NCBI GenBank assembly: GCA_963748015.1
Contig: CAVVHE010000008.1
Span: 256,001-320,000 of the forward strand
Source of the DNA: Terriglobia bacterium
Lineage (GTDB): Bacteria; Acidobacteriota; Polarisedimenticolia; Polarisedimenticolales; JAIQFR01
Direction: 5' to 3'
Length of the DNA: 64,000 bases
Position 1 is the first letter of the stretch, and the number at the start of each line of letters is the position of its first letter. Positions 51,977 through 61,597 of the stretch are shown here, in pieces. The position numbers and the translations under genes are program-made. The notes beneath the pieces are model-generated. The model saw nothing but the letters and a program-made list of their open reading frames with translations. It was not told the DNA's origin and did no database searches.

Positions 51977-53122
51977 ATGACGCAAGGCGCCCCCCTCGAC
52001 CAAGTCGAGGCCCTCGAGGTCGGGCCGCTCGACCGGATCGACGCGATCGTCGTCCGTCTCCCGTTCGTCAGTCCCTTCGGGACGAGCGTCCACACCTGGA
52101 CGTGCAAGGAGGCCCTGCTGCTTCGCATCGAGGCCGGCGGGATCGTCGGCTGGGGAGAGTGCGTCGCCGACCCCGATCCTTACTACGCCAGCGAGACGAC
52201 GACCACGGCCCGGCACATCGTCCGGGACTTCCTCCTCCCGTGCGTCGAGCCCGGCTCGACGCTCGGCGCGATCGCCTCACGATTCCACAAGGTCCGCGGC
52301 CACGAGATGGCCAAGGCGACCGTCGAGAACGCCCTGCTCGACCTCCTCGCGAAGCGCGCCGGGCTCCCGCTCCACGAGCTCCTCGGCTTTCCCCGGCGCC
52401 GCATCCCCTCGGGAATCAGCATCGGCCTGCAGGATACGGTCGAGGCCCTGCTGGCCGCGGTCGCCGAGGCCGTCGAGCGCGGCTATCACCGGGTCAAGAT
52501 GAAGATCATGCGCGGCCGGGACGTCGCCTGGGTCCGCGCCGTGCGGGAGCGGTTCCCGGACCTCCAGCTCATGGCCGACGCGAACGGCGACTACCGGCTG
52601 GAGGACGCCGACCACCTCGCGCAGCTCGACCCGTTCCGCCTGACGATGATCGAGCAGCCGCTCTCGTACGCCGACATCGTGCAGCACGCGACGCTGCAGC
52701 GCCGCCTGGCGACGCCGCTCTGCCTCGACGAGTCGATCCACAACCTCGACGACGCGTCCTCCGCCCTCGATCTGGGAGCGTGCCGGATCCTCAACGTCAA
52801 GCAGGGGCGCGTCGGCGGCCTGCTGGAGTCCGTCCGCATCGCCGCGGCCTGCGCCGCGAGGGGCGTCCCCGTGTGGTCCGGCGGCATGGACGAGACGGGG
52901 ATCGGCCGGGCGGTCAACATCCATCTCCAGACCGCGTCGGGGTTCACGCTCCCCGGCGACACCTCGGAGACCTGCCGCTACTTCCACGAGGACATCGTCG
53001 AGCCGCCGGTCGTCCTGGACGCCGACGGGTTCATCGAGGTCCCACCCGGCCCCGGGATCGGCGTGACCGTGCTCGAGGAGCGTGTCTCGAAGTACCGGAT
53101 CGACGAGGAGCGGCTGCGCTAG
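51977..53122 (+). CDS. menC: o-succinylbenzoate synthase / N-acylamino acid racemase (enolase superfamily)
   Basis: GWGECVA, RVKMKI, MADANG, IEQP, LDESI, NVKQGRVGG, LPGDTS. Confidence 0.88.
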   Translation: MTQGAPLDQVEALEVGPLDRIDAIVVRLPFVSPFGTSVHTWTCKEALLLRIEAGGIVGWGECVADPDPYYASETTTTARHIVRDFLLPCVEPGSTLGAIASRFHKVRGHEMAKATVENALLDLLAKRAGLPLHELLGFPRRRIPSGISIGLQDTVEALLAAVAEAVERGYHRVKMKIMRGRDVAWVRAVRERFPDLQLMADANGDYRLEDADHLAQLDPFRLTMIEQPLSYADIVQHATLQRRLATPLCLDESIHNLDDASSALDLGACRILNVKQGRVGGLLESVRIAAACAARGVPVWSGGMDETGIGRAVNIHLQTASGFTLPGDTSETCRYFHEDIVEPPVVLDADGFIEVPPGPGIGVTVLEERVSKYRIDEERLR

Positions 53123-53210
53123 GAGCGGCGGCGGACACCGCGGGGGAGAAACGGCTGGCGCGTCCCCACGAGTGACCGTATGAACAACCCAGCGGAAGGA
53201 GGCGACACCC

Positions 53211-55397
53211 ATGGGCGCGCACCCGCGTAAGAAGGGGAGCGTTGCGTTCAGCGCACGGCGCCTGGTCATCGTCGGAACCGTTCTCGCCCTCCTCGGATCC
53301 GGCGCCGGCGTCGCCGCCCGGGCGGACGACCGCGCGGCGGCGCGCTACTGCGCCTCCGACGAGAAGTTCTCGTTCACCGTCGAGCATCAGGAGAGCATCC
53401 GCGTTTGCACGGCGATCCCGCTCCACCTCTTCCTCTGGAACCGTAGCGAGCAACTCAAGACCGTTCTCGACAAGGTGGTCGTCCGGTCGGCGTCACGGAA
53501 GAACGACAGGGAGATCCATCTCGGCAACGAGCTGCCCCCGGCGGCAGGGGACCTTGACCGGTTCTGCCGGGAGTGCATCGACGCGCCGACCTGCGGCGAC
53601 GCCGAGCCCTGCGGCGACCTCCACGCGGCGCTCCAGTCGAGCGGATTCGACCTGACCGTGGATGTCCCGCTCGCCGCCGAGGACGAAGGGGTCACCCGGG
53701 AGAATGCCTGCGCCGGCGAGCGAATCGAGATCGAGGCGCACCTCGTCGTGGGGGACGCGCCGGTCGTCCTCCGTCGAACGCTGACCATCCAGGAAGGCGC
53801 TGGCCAGGTCGCGCCCTCCGCGGCCGCAACCCCCGGCGCCGACGCCGGCACCATCGTTCTCGCGGGGCCGCTTCCCCATCCGGCGGGATGGTTCGCGGGC
53901 GACCAGCACTCGCACACGAGCTACGAGAAGGACTCCGGGATCTGCATCTGGGAGTGGCCCGACACGATGGCCGCGATGATCGGCGCCGCCCTGACCATGG
54001 ACCTCGACTGGCAGGTCTTCACCGATCACAGCTTCGGCATCGACGGGACGATCTGGAACAGCGCCTACAACGAGTGCGCGACGTACAACAGCCAGCACCC
54101 GGGCGACAGCTACCGGTGCCTCTACGGCGAGGAGGTATCCGCCGGCAACCGCAGCGGCCAGTTCACCATATCGCACCTGCTCCAGCTCCCGAAAAACGCC
54201 GACAACGTCGGTTACTACGCCGACGGCTGCGGCTTGCTGTGCAACAACTGCAAGGCGGAGCAGACGGTCGTCAACGACATCAACAACAAGGGGGGGATGA
54301 GCTTCATCAACCACCCGTACGACACGGATTTCTCCTGGGCCAACTGGAGCGTGACGGGGTACCGGGGGCTCGAGGTCCTGAACAGCGTCGACGGGGCGTG
54401 GGGAGCCGAGGACGAAAGCTCCTTCACCAAATGGAAGGACCTCCTGTCGAGCGGAAGAAACGTCGTGGGGCTGTCGGACAGCGACGCCCACTACGCGACG
54501 GACGTCGGCCACGCGTTCACGTACTGCCGGCTGGCCGAGATGAGCACCGCCGCGATCCGCACGGCCCTCGCCGAGGGTCGATGCGTCTTCGGGAACGGCC
54601 CCCTCGTCAATTTCGGAATCGAGGGGCAGGGGATCGGCGACACGCTGGCGGCGTGCCCCGGCACGGTCACCCTCTCGATCGACGCGTATCGCGGCGACGG
54701 CACGATGGGCTATCTGGACTCCATCGGTGTCTACGTGAACGGGTCGCTCCGCGACACGATCCCGTTCGCCGCCGACCTAGCCGAGTTCCACGGCACGCGG
54801 CAGCTCGACCTGACGAGCGCCGATCGTTACCTGTACCTCGGGGTCCAGAACCGCGGCGCCGCGAGGACGACCAAGGCGTGGACGAACCCGCTCTGGCTGT
54901 CCGTGAGCCCCGACAACGGTCCCGACGCCGACGGGGACACGTACACGACCTGCGAGAACGACTGCAACGACGGCGATCCCGCGGTCCATCCGGGAGCGCC
55001 GGAGCTGTGCGATCTCGTGGACAACGATTGCGACGGGGCGACGGACGAGGGCTTCGCCGTGCCGGCCGGGGCGACGGGCCTTCTCTTCGAGGCGAACAAG
55101 CAGACGATGGGATGGAGCGCGGTGCTCCTGGCGGATCGATACGACGTCGTCGGGGGCGATCTCCTAGCTCTGCTCTCGAGCGGCGGGGATTTCACCTCGA
55201 CCGTCACGAGCTGCATCGAGAACGACGGCGCCGACGCCCTCGCCGGCGACCCGCTGGAGCCCGGGCCGGGCCAGGGCTTCTACTACCTCGTGCGGGCGCA
55301 GGCCGCCTGCAAGAGCGGCACGTTCAACTCGGAGCCGCCCGGCCAGGCGGGCGACAGGGATACCGAGATCGCAGCCTCTTCCCACGCGTGTCCGTGA
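53211..55397 (+). CDS. Secreted PHP-domain (CehA/McbA-like) metallohydrolase with Cys/Asp-rich motif and conserved C-terminal domain
   Basis: GDQHSHT, FTDHS, INHPY, LEVLN, SDSDAH; DCNDGDPAVHPGAPELCDLVDNDCDG. Confidence 0.8.
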   Translation: MGAHPRKKGSVAFSARRLVIVGTVLALLGSGAGVAARADDRAAARYCASDEKFSFTVEHQESIRVCTAIPLHLFLWNRSEQLKTVLDKVVVRSASRKNDREIHLGNELPPAAGDLDRFCRECIDAPTCGDAEPCGDLHAALQSSGFDLTVDVPLAAEDEGVTRENACAGERIEIEAHLVVGDAPVVLRRTLTIQEGAGQVAPSAAATPGADAGTIVLAGPLPHPAGWFAGDQHSHTSYEKDSGICIWEWPDTMAAMIGAALTMDLDWQVFTDHSFGIDGTIWNSAYNECATYNSQHPGDSYRCLYGEEVSAGNRSGQFTISHLLQLPKNADNVGYYADGCGLLCNNCKAEQTVVNDINNKGGMSFINHPYDTDFSWANWSVTGYRGLEVLNSVDGAWGAEDESSFTKWKDLLSSGRNVVGLSDSDAHYATDVGHAFTYCRLAEMSTAAIRTALAEGRCVFGNGPLVNFGIEGQGIGDTLAACPGTVTLSIDAYRGDGTMGYLDSIGVYVNGSLRDTIPFAADLAEFHGTRQLDLTSADRYLYLGVQNRGAARTTKAWTNPLWLSVSPDNGPDADGDTYTTCENDCNDGDPAVHPGAPELCDLVDNDCDGATDEGFAVPAGATGLLFEANKQTMGWSAVLLADRYDVVGGDLLALLSSGGDFTSTVTSCIENDGADALAGDPLEPGPGQGFYYLVRAQAACKSGTFNSEPPGQAGDRDTEIAASSHACP

Positions 55398-55454
55398 GGG
55401 TAGGGCACCGCCGGGAGTGCGCGCGGGAGTTCCCCGTGTCGGCGCGTCGCCGTC

Positions 55455-57575
55455 CTACGTCTTCTTCGCGGTCTCCGCGAGCGCGTCCTTCAAACGCTTC
55501 GGCGTGATCGGCAAGCGCATCATCCTCGCGCCGCAGGCGTCGAAGATCGCGTTCGAGAGCACGCCGCCCATCGGGACGATCGCCGGCTCGCCGCCGCCCT
55601 GGGGCGGGACGTCGTCGTTCTTCACGAGGACCGTCTCGATTCTCGGGAGCCAGGAGAAGCGCGGCAAATCGTACGTGTCGAAGTTCCGGTCGAGGATTTC
55701 GCCACCCTTGAACCGCAGCTCTTCGGTGAGCACGTACCCCAGGCCCTGGGTGATGCACCCCTCCATCTGCATCGCCGCGCCGTCGGGGTTGACGACGATC
55801 CCCATGTCCTGGGCGCAGACGACGCGCTCGACCCTGACGGTTCCCTTCTCGCGGTCCACCTTCACCTCGGCCATGAGCGCCGCGTAGGTGCCCGCGTCGA
55901 TGCCGCAGGCGATGCCGACGCCGCGGCCGCTCGGGGCGGGGGAGGGCTTCCAGCCGAACTTCTGCGCGGCCGCCTTCAGGACGCCGATCATCCGCTCGTC
56001 CTTCAGGTTCCGGAGCCGGAACTCGAGCGGGTCCACCCCGGCCGTCGAGGCCATGACGTCGACGTGCGACTCGCGCGCCCAGACGTTCATGTTCGCGCCC
56101 GGCGCGCGCCAGGGCCCGACGCCGAAGCGGTGCTTGTCCGCGCCCTGGCCCATCCAGCTGCCGGACACGCGCAGCCGCGTGTTCGGCACGTCGTAGAAGA
56201 ACTCCGTGCTCCGCTCGCCCGCGTACCACACGGTGTAGTCCCACATCGTGATCTTGCCGCCCGCGTCGACCGCCGACTCGATCCTCACGATGCTCGCCGG
56301 ATCGAACGTGTCGTGGAAGAACTCCTCCGCGCGCGTCCAGGCGACCATCACCGGCTTGCCCGAGAGGACGGCGAGCCTAGCGGCCTCCTCGGCCTGGAGC
56401 CCCGCGGACTTGCCGCCGAAGCCGCCGCCGACGTACGGCGTGATCACGCGGACGTTCTTCGGGTCGAGGCCAAGCGCGCCGGCGATACGGTCGTGCGTCG
56501 GGAACGGCGTCTGCGTCGACGCCCAGATCGTGAGCTTGCCGTCCTTCAGCTCGGCGGCCGCGGTGTGCGGCTCCATCGGGGCATGGGCGACGTAGCCCTT
56601 GCGATAGGTCCGGTCGAAGAGCTTCCCTCCGCCGCCGCGCGCCGCCTGGACGTCGCCCTTCGTCCCCCTCGCCTCCGGCTCGCCCGCGCGCTTCAGCAGG
56701 TCGTCGAAGATGCCGTCCTGGTCCGCGCCGGGCGGCGCCGCGCTCCAGCTCGCCTTGACCGCGCCGAGCGCCTTCGCCGCCGTCTCGGGGTCGGCGTGCA
56801 GCACCGCGACGAGGCCGTCCTTGTCGACGACCGTCACGCCGCTCATCCTGGCGGCGGCCGAGGTGTCGGCCTTCTCGAGCTTCGCGCCGTGCGCCGGGGG
56901 GCGCAGGATCCGCGCGTAGAGCATTCCGGGAAGGCGGACGTCGCCCGCGTACTTCCCCGAGCCCGTCACCTTGTCCCTCGCGTCGAGCCGCTTCGGCGAC
57001 CGTCCCATCTCCTTGAAACCGGCGACCGAGCGAAGGACCGCCTTCTCGCCGAGCGTCCGGCTGATCGTCTTCCCCTGGGCCAGCTCGCCGTAAGTGACGC
57101 GGCGCTTCGGGTCGTCCTTGACGGACACGACGCCGTCGACGACGACGAGCCCCTCCTTCGCGACCCCGAGGCGCTCGGCGGCGAGCTCGAGCATCACGCC
57201 GCGCGCCTCGGCGCACGCCGCCCGGAGCGCCGGGCCGAACATGCGCGTCGTGAGCGAGCCAAACGTCCCCATGTCCCAGGGGCAGCGGTCGGTGTCGCCG
57301 AGGACCATGTCGACGGACCGCAGCGACACCCCCAGCTCGTCGGCGGCCATCTGCGCCTGCGACGTCATGACCCCCTGGCCCATCTCGATCTTGCCGGAGA
57401 AGACGGTCACGCGGCCGTCCTCCGCGATGCGGAGATACACGTTGAAGTCGGTGGGGTAGCCGCGCCTTCGCTCCTGGCCGAACAGGTTCCCCGCCGGGAG
57501 GCTCACGAACACGAAGATGCCCCCGCCGAGGAGCTTCATGAAGGAGCGGCGATCCAGGTCGCGCGGGGAGGTCAT
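55455..57575 (-). CDS. Xanthine dehydrogenase family molybdopterin-binding subunit (IorB-like)
   Basis: Tat-like DRRSFMK, EMGQG, HAPMEP, GGGFGGK, GGGEPA. Confidence 0.9.
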   Translation of the reverse strand: MTSPRDLDRRSFMKLLGGGIFVFVSLPAGNLFGQERRRGYPTDFNVYLRIAEDGRVTVFSGKIEMGQGVMTSQAQMAADELGVSLRSVDMVLGDTDRCPWDMGTFGSLTTRMFGPALRAACAEARGVMLELAAERLGVAKEGLVVVDGVVSVKDDPKRRVTYGELAQGKTISRTLGEKAVLRSVAGFKEMGRSPKRLDARDKVTGSGKYAGDVRLPGMLYARILRPPAHGAKLEKADTSAAARMSGVTVVDKDGLVAVLHADPETAAKALGAVKASWSAAPPGADQDGIFDDLLKRAGEPEARGTKGDVQAARGGGGKLFDRTYRKGYVAHAPMEPHTAAAELKDGKLTIWASTQTPFPTHDRIAGALGLDPKNVRVITPYVGGGFGGKSAGLQAEEAARLAVLSGKPVMVAWTRAEEFFHDTFDPASIVRIESAVDAGGKITMWDYTVWYAGERSTEFFYDVPNTRLRVSGSWMGQGADKHRFGVGPWRAPGANMNVWARESHVDVMASTAGVDPLEFRLRNLKDERMIGVLKAAAQKFGWKPSPAPSGRGVGIACGIDAGTYAALMAEVKVDREKGTVRVERVVCAQDMGIVVNPDGAAMQMEGCITQGLGYVLTEELRFKGGEILDRNFDTYDLPRFSWLPRIETVLVKNDDVPPQGGGEPAIVPMGGVLSNAIFDACGARMMRLPITPKRLKDALAETAKKT

Positions 57576-58048
57576 GGCTTGCCTCCCGCCGGGCGCGACA
57601 CCGACTCGATCGCGGCGACGATCCTCTGGTGCGCGCCGCAGCGGCAGAGGTTGTTCTCCATCCCCTCGACGATCTCCGCGCGAGAAGGGTGGGGGTGCTT
57701 CGCGAGGAGGCCGGCCGCGTTCAGGATCATGCCGGGGGTGCAGTAGCCGCACTGGAACCCGCCGTGCTCCACGAACGCCTTCTGGAGCGGGTGCAGCTCG
57801 TCTCCCTTCGCGAGCCCCTCGATCGTCGTGACCGACTTCCCCGCGACGTCCCTGAGCGGCAACTGGCAGGAGCGAACGGCGCTCCCGTCCACGAGCACGG
57901 TGCACGAGCCGCAGATTCCCTCGCCGCAGCCGTACTTCGTTCCCGTCAGCTCGAGGTCGGTGCGAAGGACCCAGAGAAGCGTGCGGTCCGGGTCGGAGTC
58001 GAGGGTGAGCGGACGGCCGTTCAAGACGAACCGGATCGACTTCGCCAT
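57572..58048 (-). CDS. (2Fe-2S)-binding small subunit (IorA/CoxS-like)
   Basis: KYGCGEGICGSCTV, QCGYCTPG, NLCRC. Confidence 0.93.
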   Translation of the reverse strand: MAKSIRFVLNGRPLTLDSDPDRTLLWVLRTDLELTGTKYGCGEGICGSCTVLVDGSAVRSCQLPLRDVAGKSVTTIEGLAKGDELHPLQKAFVEHGGFQCGYCTPGMILNAAGLLAKHPHPSRAEIVEGMENNLCRCGAHQRIVAAIESVSRPAGGKP

Positions 58049-58250
58049 GCGCGTCCTCCTTCGGGCGGGCGGAAATTGAGCCCCATCGTACCGAAGGCAG
58101 CGCTCCCGAGGCAACGGCGGCGGCGGGCGGTCCGGGACGGCTCCCTTGCGCCGGAAATCCGCCAGAAGCTACCCTCCACGCTCACCCGGGGGAGCGAGAC
58201 CCGAAGCCGGATGCCCGGGGCCCGGCGATCGCCGTTTCGATCGACCTGAA

Positions 58251-59582
58251 ATGAGCACACGCGCGCGCGCACCCGAGACCCTCACCGAGCGGGACGTCCT
58301 TCGTTTCTGGGCGCCCCTGGCCGCCACGTGGCTCATGATGTCGGTCGAAGGGCCCTTGATCGCGGCGATCATCGCCCGCCTCGGCGATCCCGAGTACAAC
58401 CTGGCCGCCTACGGGGTCGCCTTCTCCTTCGCGCTGGTCATCGAGTCGCCGATCGTCATGGCTCTGAGCGCCGCGACGGCGCTGGTGCGCGACCGCCAGT
58501 CCTTCCTGACCCTGCGGCGGTTCATCTACTCGCTCAACGTCCTCGTCACGGCGGGAATGGTCGTCCTCCTCGTGCCTCCCGTTTTCCGGTGGGTTACGAC
58601 CGAGCTCGTCCGCCTGCCCGTGCCGGTCGCGCGGCTGACGTATCTGGCGACGGCCGTGCTGTTGCCCTGGCCGGCGGCGATCGGGTACCGGCGGTTCTAC
58701 CAGGGGGTGCTCGTCCGCCACAAGCTGACCCGGCGGGTGGCCTACGGCACCGTGGTGAGACTGACGACGATGACGGCCGTCGCCCTGCTCCTCGACGCCC
58801 TCACGCCGCTCCCCGGCGTGTGCGTCGGCGCGGCCGCGCTGTCGGCCGGAGTCGTCCTGGAGGCCGCGGCGACCCGCCTGATGGCCCGCGGTGTCGTGAA
58901 AGAGATTCTGACGGCTCCGGCGTCGCGCGACGAACGGGTCCCGCACCTGACGACGAGGCGCGTCGTGTGGTTCTACTATCCGCTGGCGCTGACCTCGCTC
59001 CTGTCCTTCGGGATCAACCCGCTCTTGAGCCTCTTCCTGGCGCGCGGCCGGCTGCCGATCGAGTCGCTGGCTGTCCTGCCCGTCGTGATGTCGCTGATGT
59101 TCCTGTTTCGCAGCGGCGGCATCGCGTACCAGGAAGTCTGCATCGCTCTCCTGGGAGATCGCCGAGAGCACTACCGGCCGCTCGCGGCCTTCGCCCGGAA
59201 GACAGGCGGCCTGCTGGCGCTGGGCCTGGCGGTCGTCGCCTTCACCCCCTTGGCGACCTTCTGGTTCGAGCGCGTGTCCGGGCTGTCCGCCGAGCTGGCC
59301 TCGCTCGCGGTGCTTCCCATCCGGATCCTGGCGCTCATGCCGGCGCTCGAGGTCCTCCTGTCTCTCGAGCGGGGCGTGCTCGTCCACGCGCATCGCACTC
59401 GCCTGATCACGTGGGCGACCGCCGTCGAGGTCGCGACGGTGATCGGCGTGCTGTACGTCGGTGTCGCCGGCTTCGACCTGGTGGGCATCGTCGCGGCGGC
59501 CGCGGGCCTGCTATTCGGCCGGATCGCCTCGACGGGATTCCTGTGGCGACCGGCCCTGGGCAGGGAGGGACGCGGCGCGTGA
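58251..59582 (+). CDS. Multi-pass membrane transporter (MATE/ANKH-like)
   Basis: FWAPLAATWLMM, LAAYGVAF, RRFYQGVL; about 12 TM helices. Confidence 0.65.
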   Translation: MSTRARAPETLTERDVLRFWAPLAATWLMMSVEGPLIAAIIARLGDPEYNLAAYGVAFSFALVIESPIVMALSAATALVRDRQSFLTLRRFIYSLNVLVTAGMVVLLVPPVFRWVTTELVRLPVPVARLTYLATAVLLPWPAAIGYRRFYQGVLVRHKLTRRVAYGTVVRLTTMTAVALLLDALTPLPGVCVGAAALSAGVVLEAAATRLMARGVVKEILTAPASRDERVPHLTTRRVVWFYYPLALTSLLSFGINPLLSLFLARGRLPIESLAVLPVVMSLMFLFRSGGIAYQEVCIALLGDRREHYRPLAAFARKTGGLLALGLAVVAFTPLATFWFERVSGLSAELASLAVLPIRILALMPALEVLLSLERGVLVHAHRTRLITWATAVEVATVIGVLYVGVAGFDLVGIVAAAAGLLFGRIASTGFLWRPALGREGRGA

Positions 59583-59597
59583 CCGAAGAACGCGGCG

Positions 59598-59633
59598 AAA
59601 AAAGGCAAGGGCGGCCGAAGCGGCCGCCCTTGC
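59598..59633 (-). terminator. Intrinsic terminator between convergent genes
   Basis: 13-bp perfect stem GCAAGGGCGGCCG/CGGCCGCCCTTGC with an A6 tract giving a U-tail on the minus strand. Confidence 0.8.
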
Positions 59634-59657
59634 TCTCCTCGGCTGGACTGCGTCAGC

Positions 59658-60350
59658 CTAGAACTTCCAGCCGATCTCGAGGCGATAGGTGATGACGTCG
59701 AAGGTCCCGGCGTTGCCGCCGAAATCCTGCCAGTTGTCGTTGAGCCCGAGGCGAAGGAAGACGTTGCTCTTCGGCTCGAACCTCAAGCCGGCGCCGAGCC
59801 CGTAGTTGAACGCGCTGGTCGAATAGGTGCTCTGGTAGGCCCCGCATATGTATCCGTACCAGGGATCCCACCAGCAGGTTCCGTAGCTGGGGCCGGACGG
59901 GATGTTCGAGTCCACCCAGTTCCAGCCGACGCCGGCGGAGACGTACGGCGTGAAGGAACTCGCCATGAAGTTGTAGGTGAGGTTGAACTGGGTCGACGCC
60001 ATGTCCAGGTATCCCGACGCGGTCGCGAACTCGTTTTCCGCATCATTGGTCCCGATCGTCGCGTTGTAGCTCGCGCTGCTCCACGCGAACTCCATGTTGA
60101 TGTTGATCTTCTCGGTCATGTTGTAGCCGAGGCCGAAGCCCCACCCGAGATCGTCGTTGACGTCGATGGACGTGCCGTGGCCGGTGTCGAACGTCTGGCC
60201 GCCGTAAAAGCGCACCGGCAACGTGAACTCCCACGTCTCCGTGCGGTTGCTCTCCCTGCCCGCCGCCAGGACCGTGGAGACATCGGCCGCGACCCAGACC
60301 GTCGCGACCGCCAACAGCAGGACTATTCCCAAAGAAAACCTACTCCTCAT
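59658..60350 (-). CDS. Outer membrane beta-barrel protein
   Basis: Signal peptide, alternating beta strands, PYVSAGVG, terminal YRLEIGWKF. Confidence 0.85.
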   Translation of the reverse strand: MRSRFSLGIVLLLAVATVWVAADVSTVLAAGRESNRTETWEFTLPVRFYGGQTFDTGHGTSIDVNDDLGWGFGLGYNMTEKININMEFAWSSASYNATIGTNDAENEFATASGYLDMASTQFNLTYNFMASSFTPYVSAGVGWNWVDSNIPSGPSYGTCWWDPWYGYICGAYQSTYSTSAFNYGLGAGLRFEPKSNVFLRLGLNDNWQDFGGNAGTFDVITYRLEIGWKF

Positions 60351-60513
60351 GAGCCCTCCTCCTGTGCCCGAGCCGTCCTCGGCGAAGTGTTTCCGGGCGT
60401 CCCCGGATGCGGGATACTATCCCAGATCGCGCGGGTTCTACAAGAACGGGGGGCGCGGCGACGACGACGGCCCGCCTCGAGGGCCGGCCGGCGCCCCCAA
60501 GCGAGGTGTTCCC

Positions 60514-61497
60514 ATGAAGATCCAAGCGTACGCCGTGCAGGAAGCCAAGGGCAGGCTCGAGCCGTTCACCTACGACGCGGATCTCGGCGAGCACGACGTC
60601 CTCGTCAAGGTGCAGCACTGCGGCATCTGCCACAGCGACGTCCACCTCGCGGACGGGGACTGGGGTCCGGTGTTCCCGCTCGTTCCCGGACACGAGGTGG
60701 TGGGCGAGGTGGTGGAGGCCGGCGGGAGGGTTTCGCTGCTGGGGAAGGGGATGCGCGTCGGCGTCGGCTGGCAGTGCGACAGCTGCGGCGGCTGCGAGTG
60801 GTGCAACGCGCACGAGGAAGTCCTGTGCGCGACCCACAAGGCGACGTGCATGGGCCACCACGGCGGCTTCGCCGACCACGTCGTCGCGAACGAGCGCTTC
60901 GCGATCCCCCTCCCGGGCGCGCTCGACGCCGTCTCGGCCGCGCCGCTTCTGTGCGGGGGCGCGACCGTGTACACGCCGCTGCGGGAATACGCGAGGGAGG
61001 GCAGCCGCGTCGCCGTGGTGGGGATCGGGGGCCTCGGCCACCTGGCGCTGCAGTTCGCGGGCAAGATGGGGTGCCGCGTCGCCGCGATCAGCACGACCGC
61101 GAGCAAGGAAGCGGAGGCGAGGGCGTTCGGCGCGCACGAGTTCCTCGTCGGCGCGCCGGCGCCGGGGACCTACGACGTCATCGTCAACACGGCGCACGCG
61201 GCGCTGGACATGGACGCGTACGTGGCCGCGCTTCGCCCCAAGGGAGTCTTCGTCCAGGTCGGCGCCGCCGGCGAGCCGATGGCGATCGGCGCCATGGGAC
61301 TCATCCCCGGCTACAAGAAGGTCGCGGGCTCCGCCATCGGGCACCCGGGCGTCATCCGGGAGATGCTCGACTTCGCCGCGAAGAGCGGTGTCATGGCCAA
61401 GGTGCAGGTGCTGCCGATGAGCCAGGTCAACGAGGCCCTCGACCTCACCCGCAAGAACAAGGCGCGCTACAGGATCGTCCTTCGAGCGGGAGCGTAG
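60514..61497 (+). CDS. Zinc-dependent NAD(P)H alcohol/aldehyde dehydrogenase (YahK/Ahr-like)
   Basis: CGICHSD, PGHEVVG, CDSCGGCEWC, PLLCGG, GIGGLGH. Confidence 0.93.
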   Translation: MKIQAYAVQEAKGRLEPFTYDADLGEHDVLVKVQHCGICHSDVHLADGDWGPVFPLVPGHEVVGEVVEAGGRVSLLGKGMRVGVGWQCDSCGGCEWCNAHEEVLCATHKATCMGHHGGFADHVVANERFAIPLPGALDAVSAAPLLCGGATVYTPLREYAREGSRVAVVGIGGLGHLALQFAGKMGCRVAAISTTASKEAEARAFGAHEFLVGAPAPGTYDVIVNTAHAALDMDAYVAALRPKGVFVQVGAAGEPMAIGAMGLIPGYKKVAGSAIGHPGVIREMLDFAAKSGVMAKVQVLPMSQVNEALDLTRKNKARYRIVLRAGA

Positions 61498-61597
61498 TCC
61501 GCGCCGGACGACGCGGTCAGGGGACCGCAGAATGCGCTCGATTGCCACCTCGGGGTCCGGCCCTCGCCTTTGCCCGGCTTACGAGCACGAGGGAACG

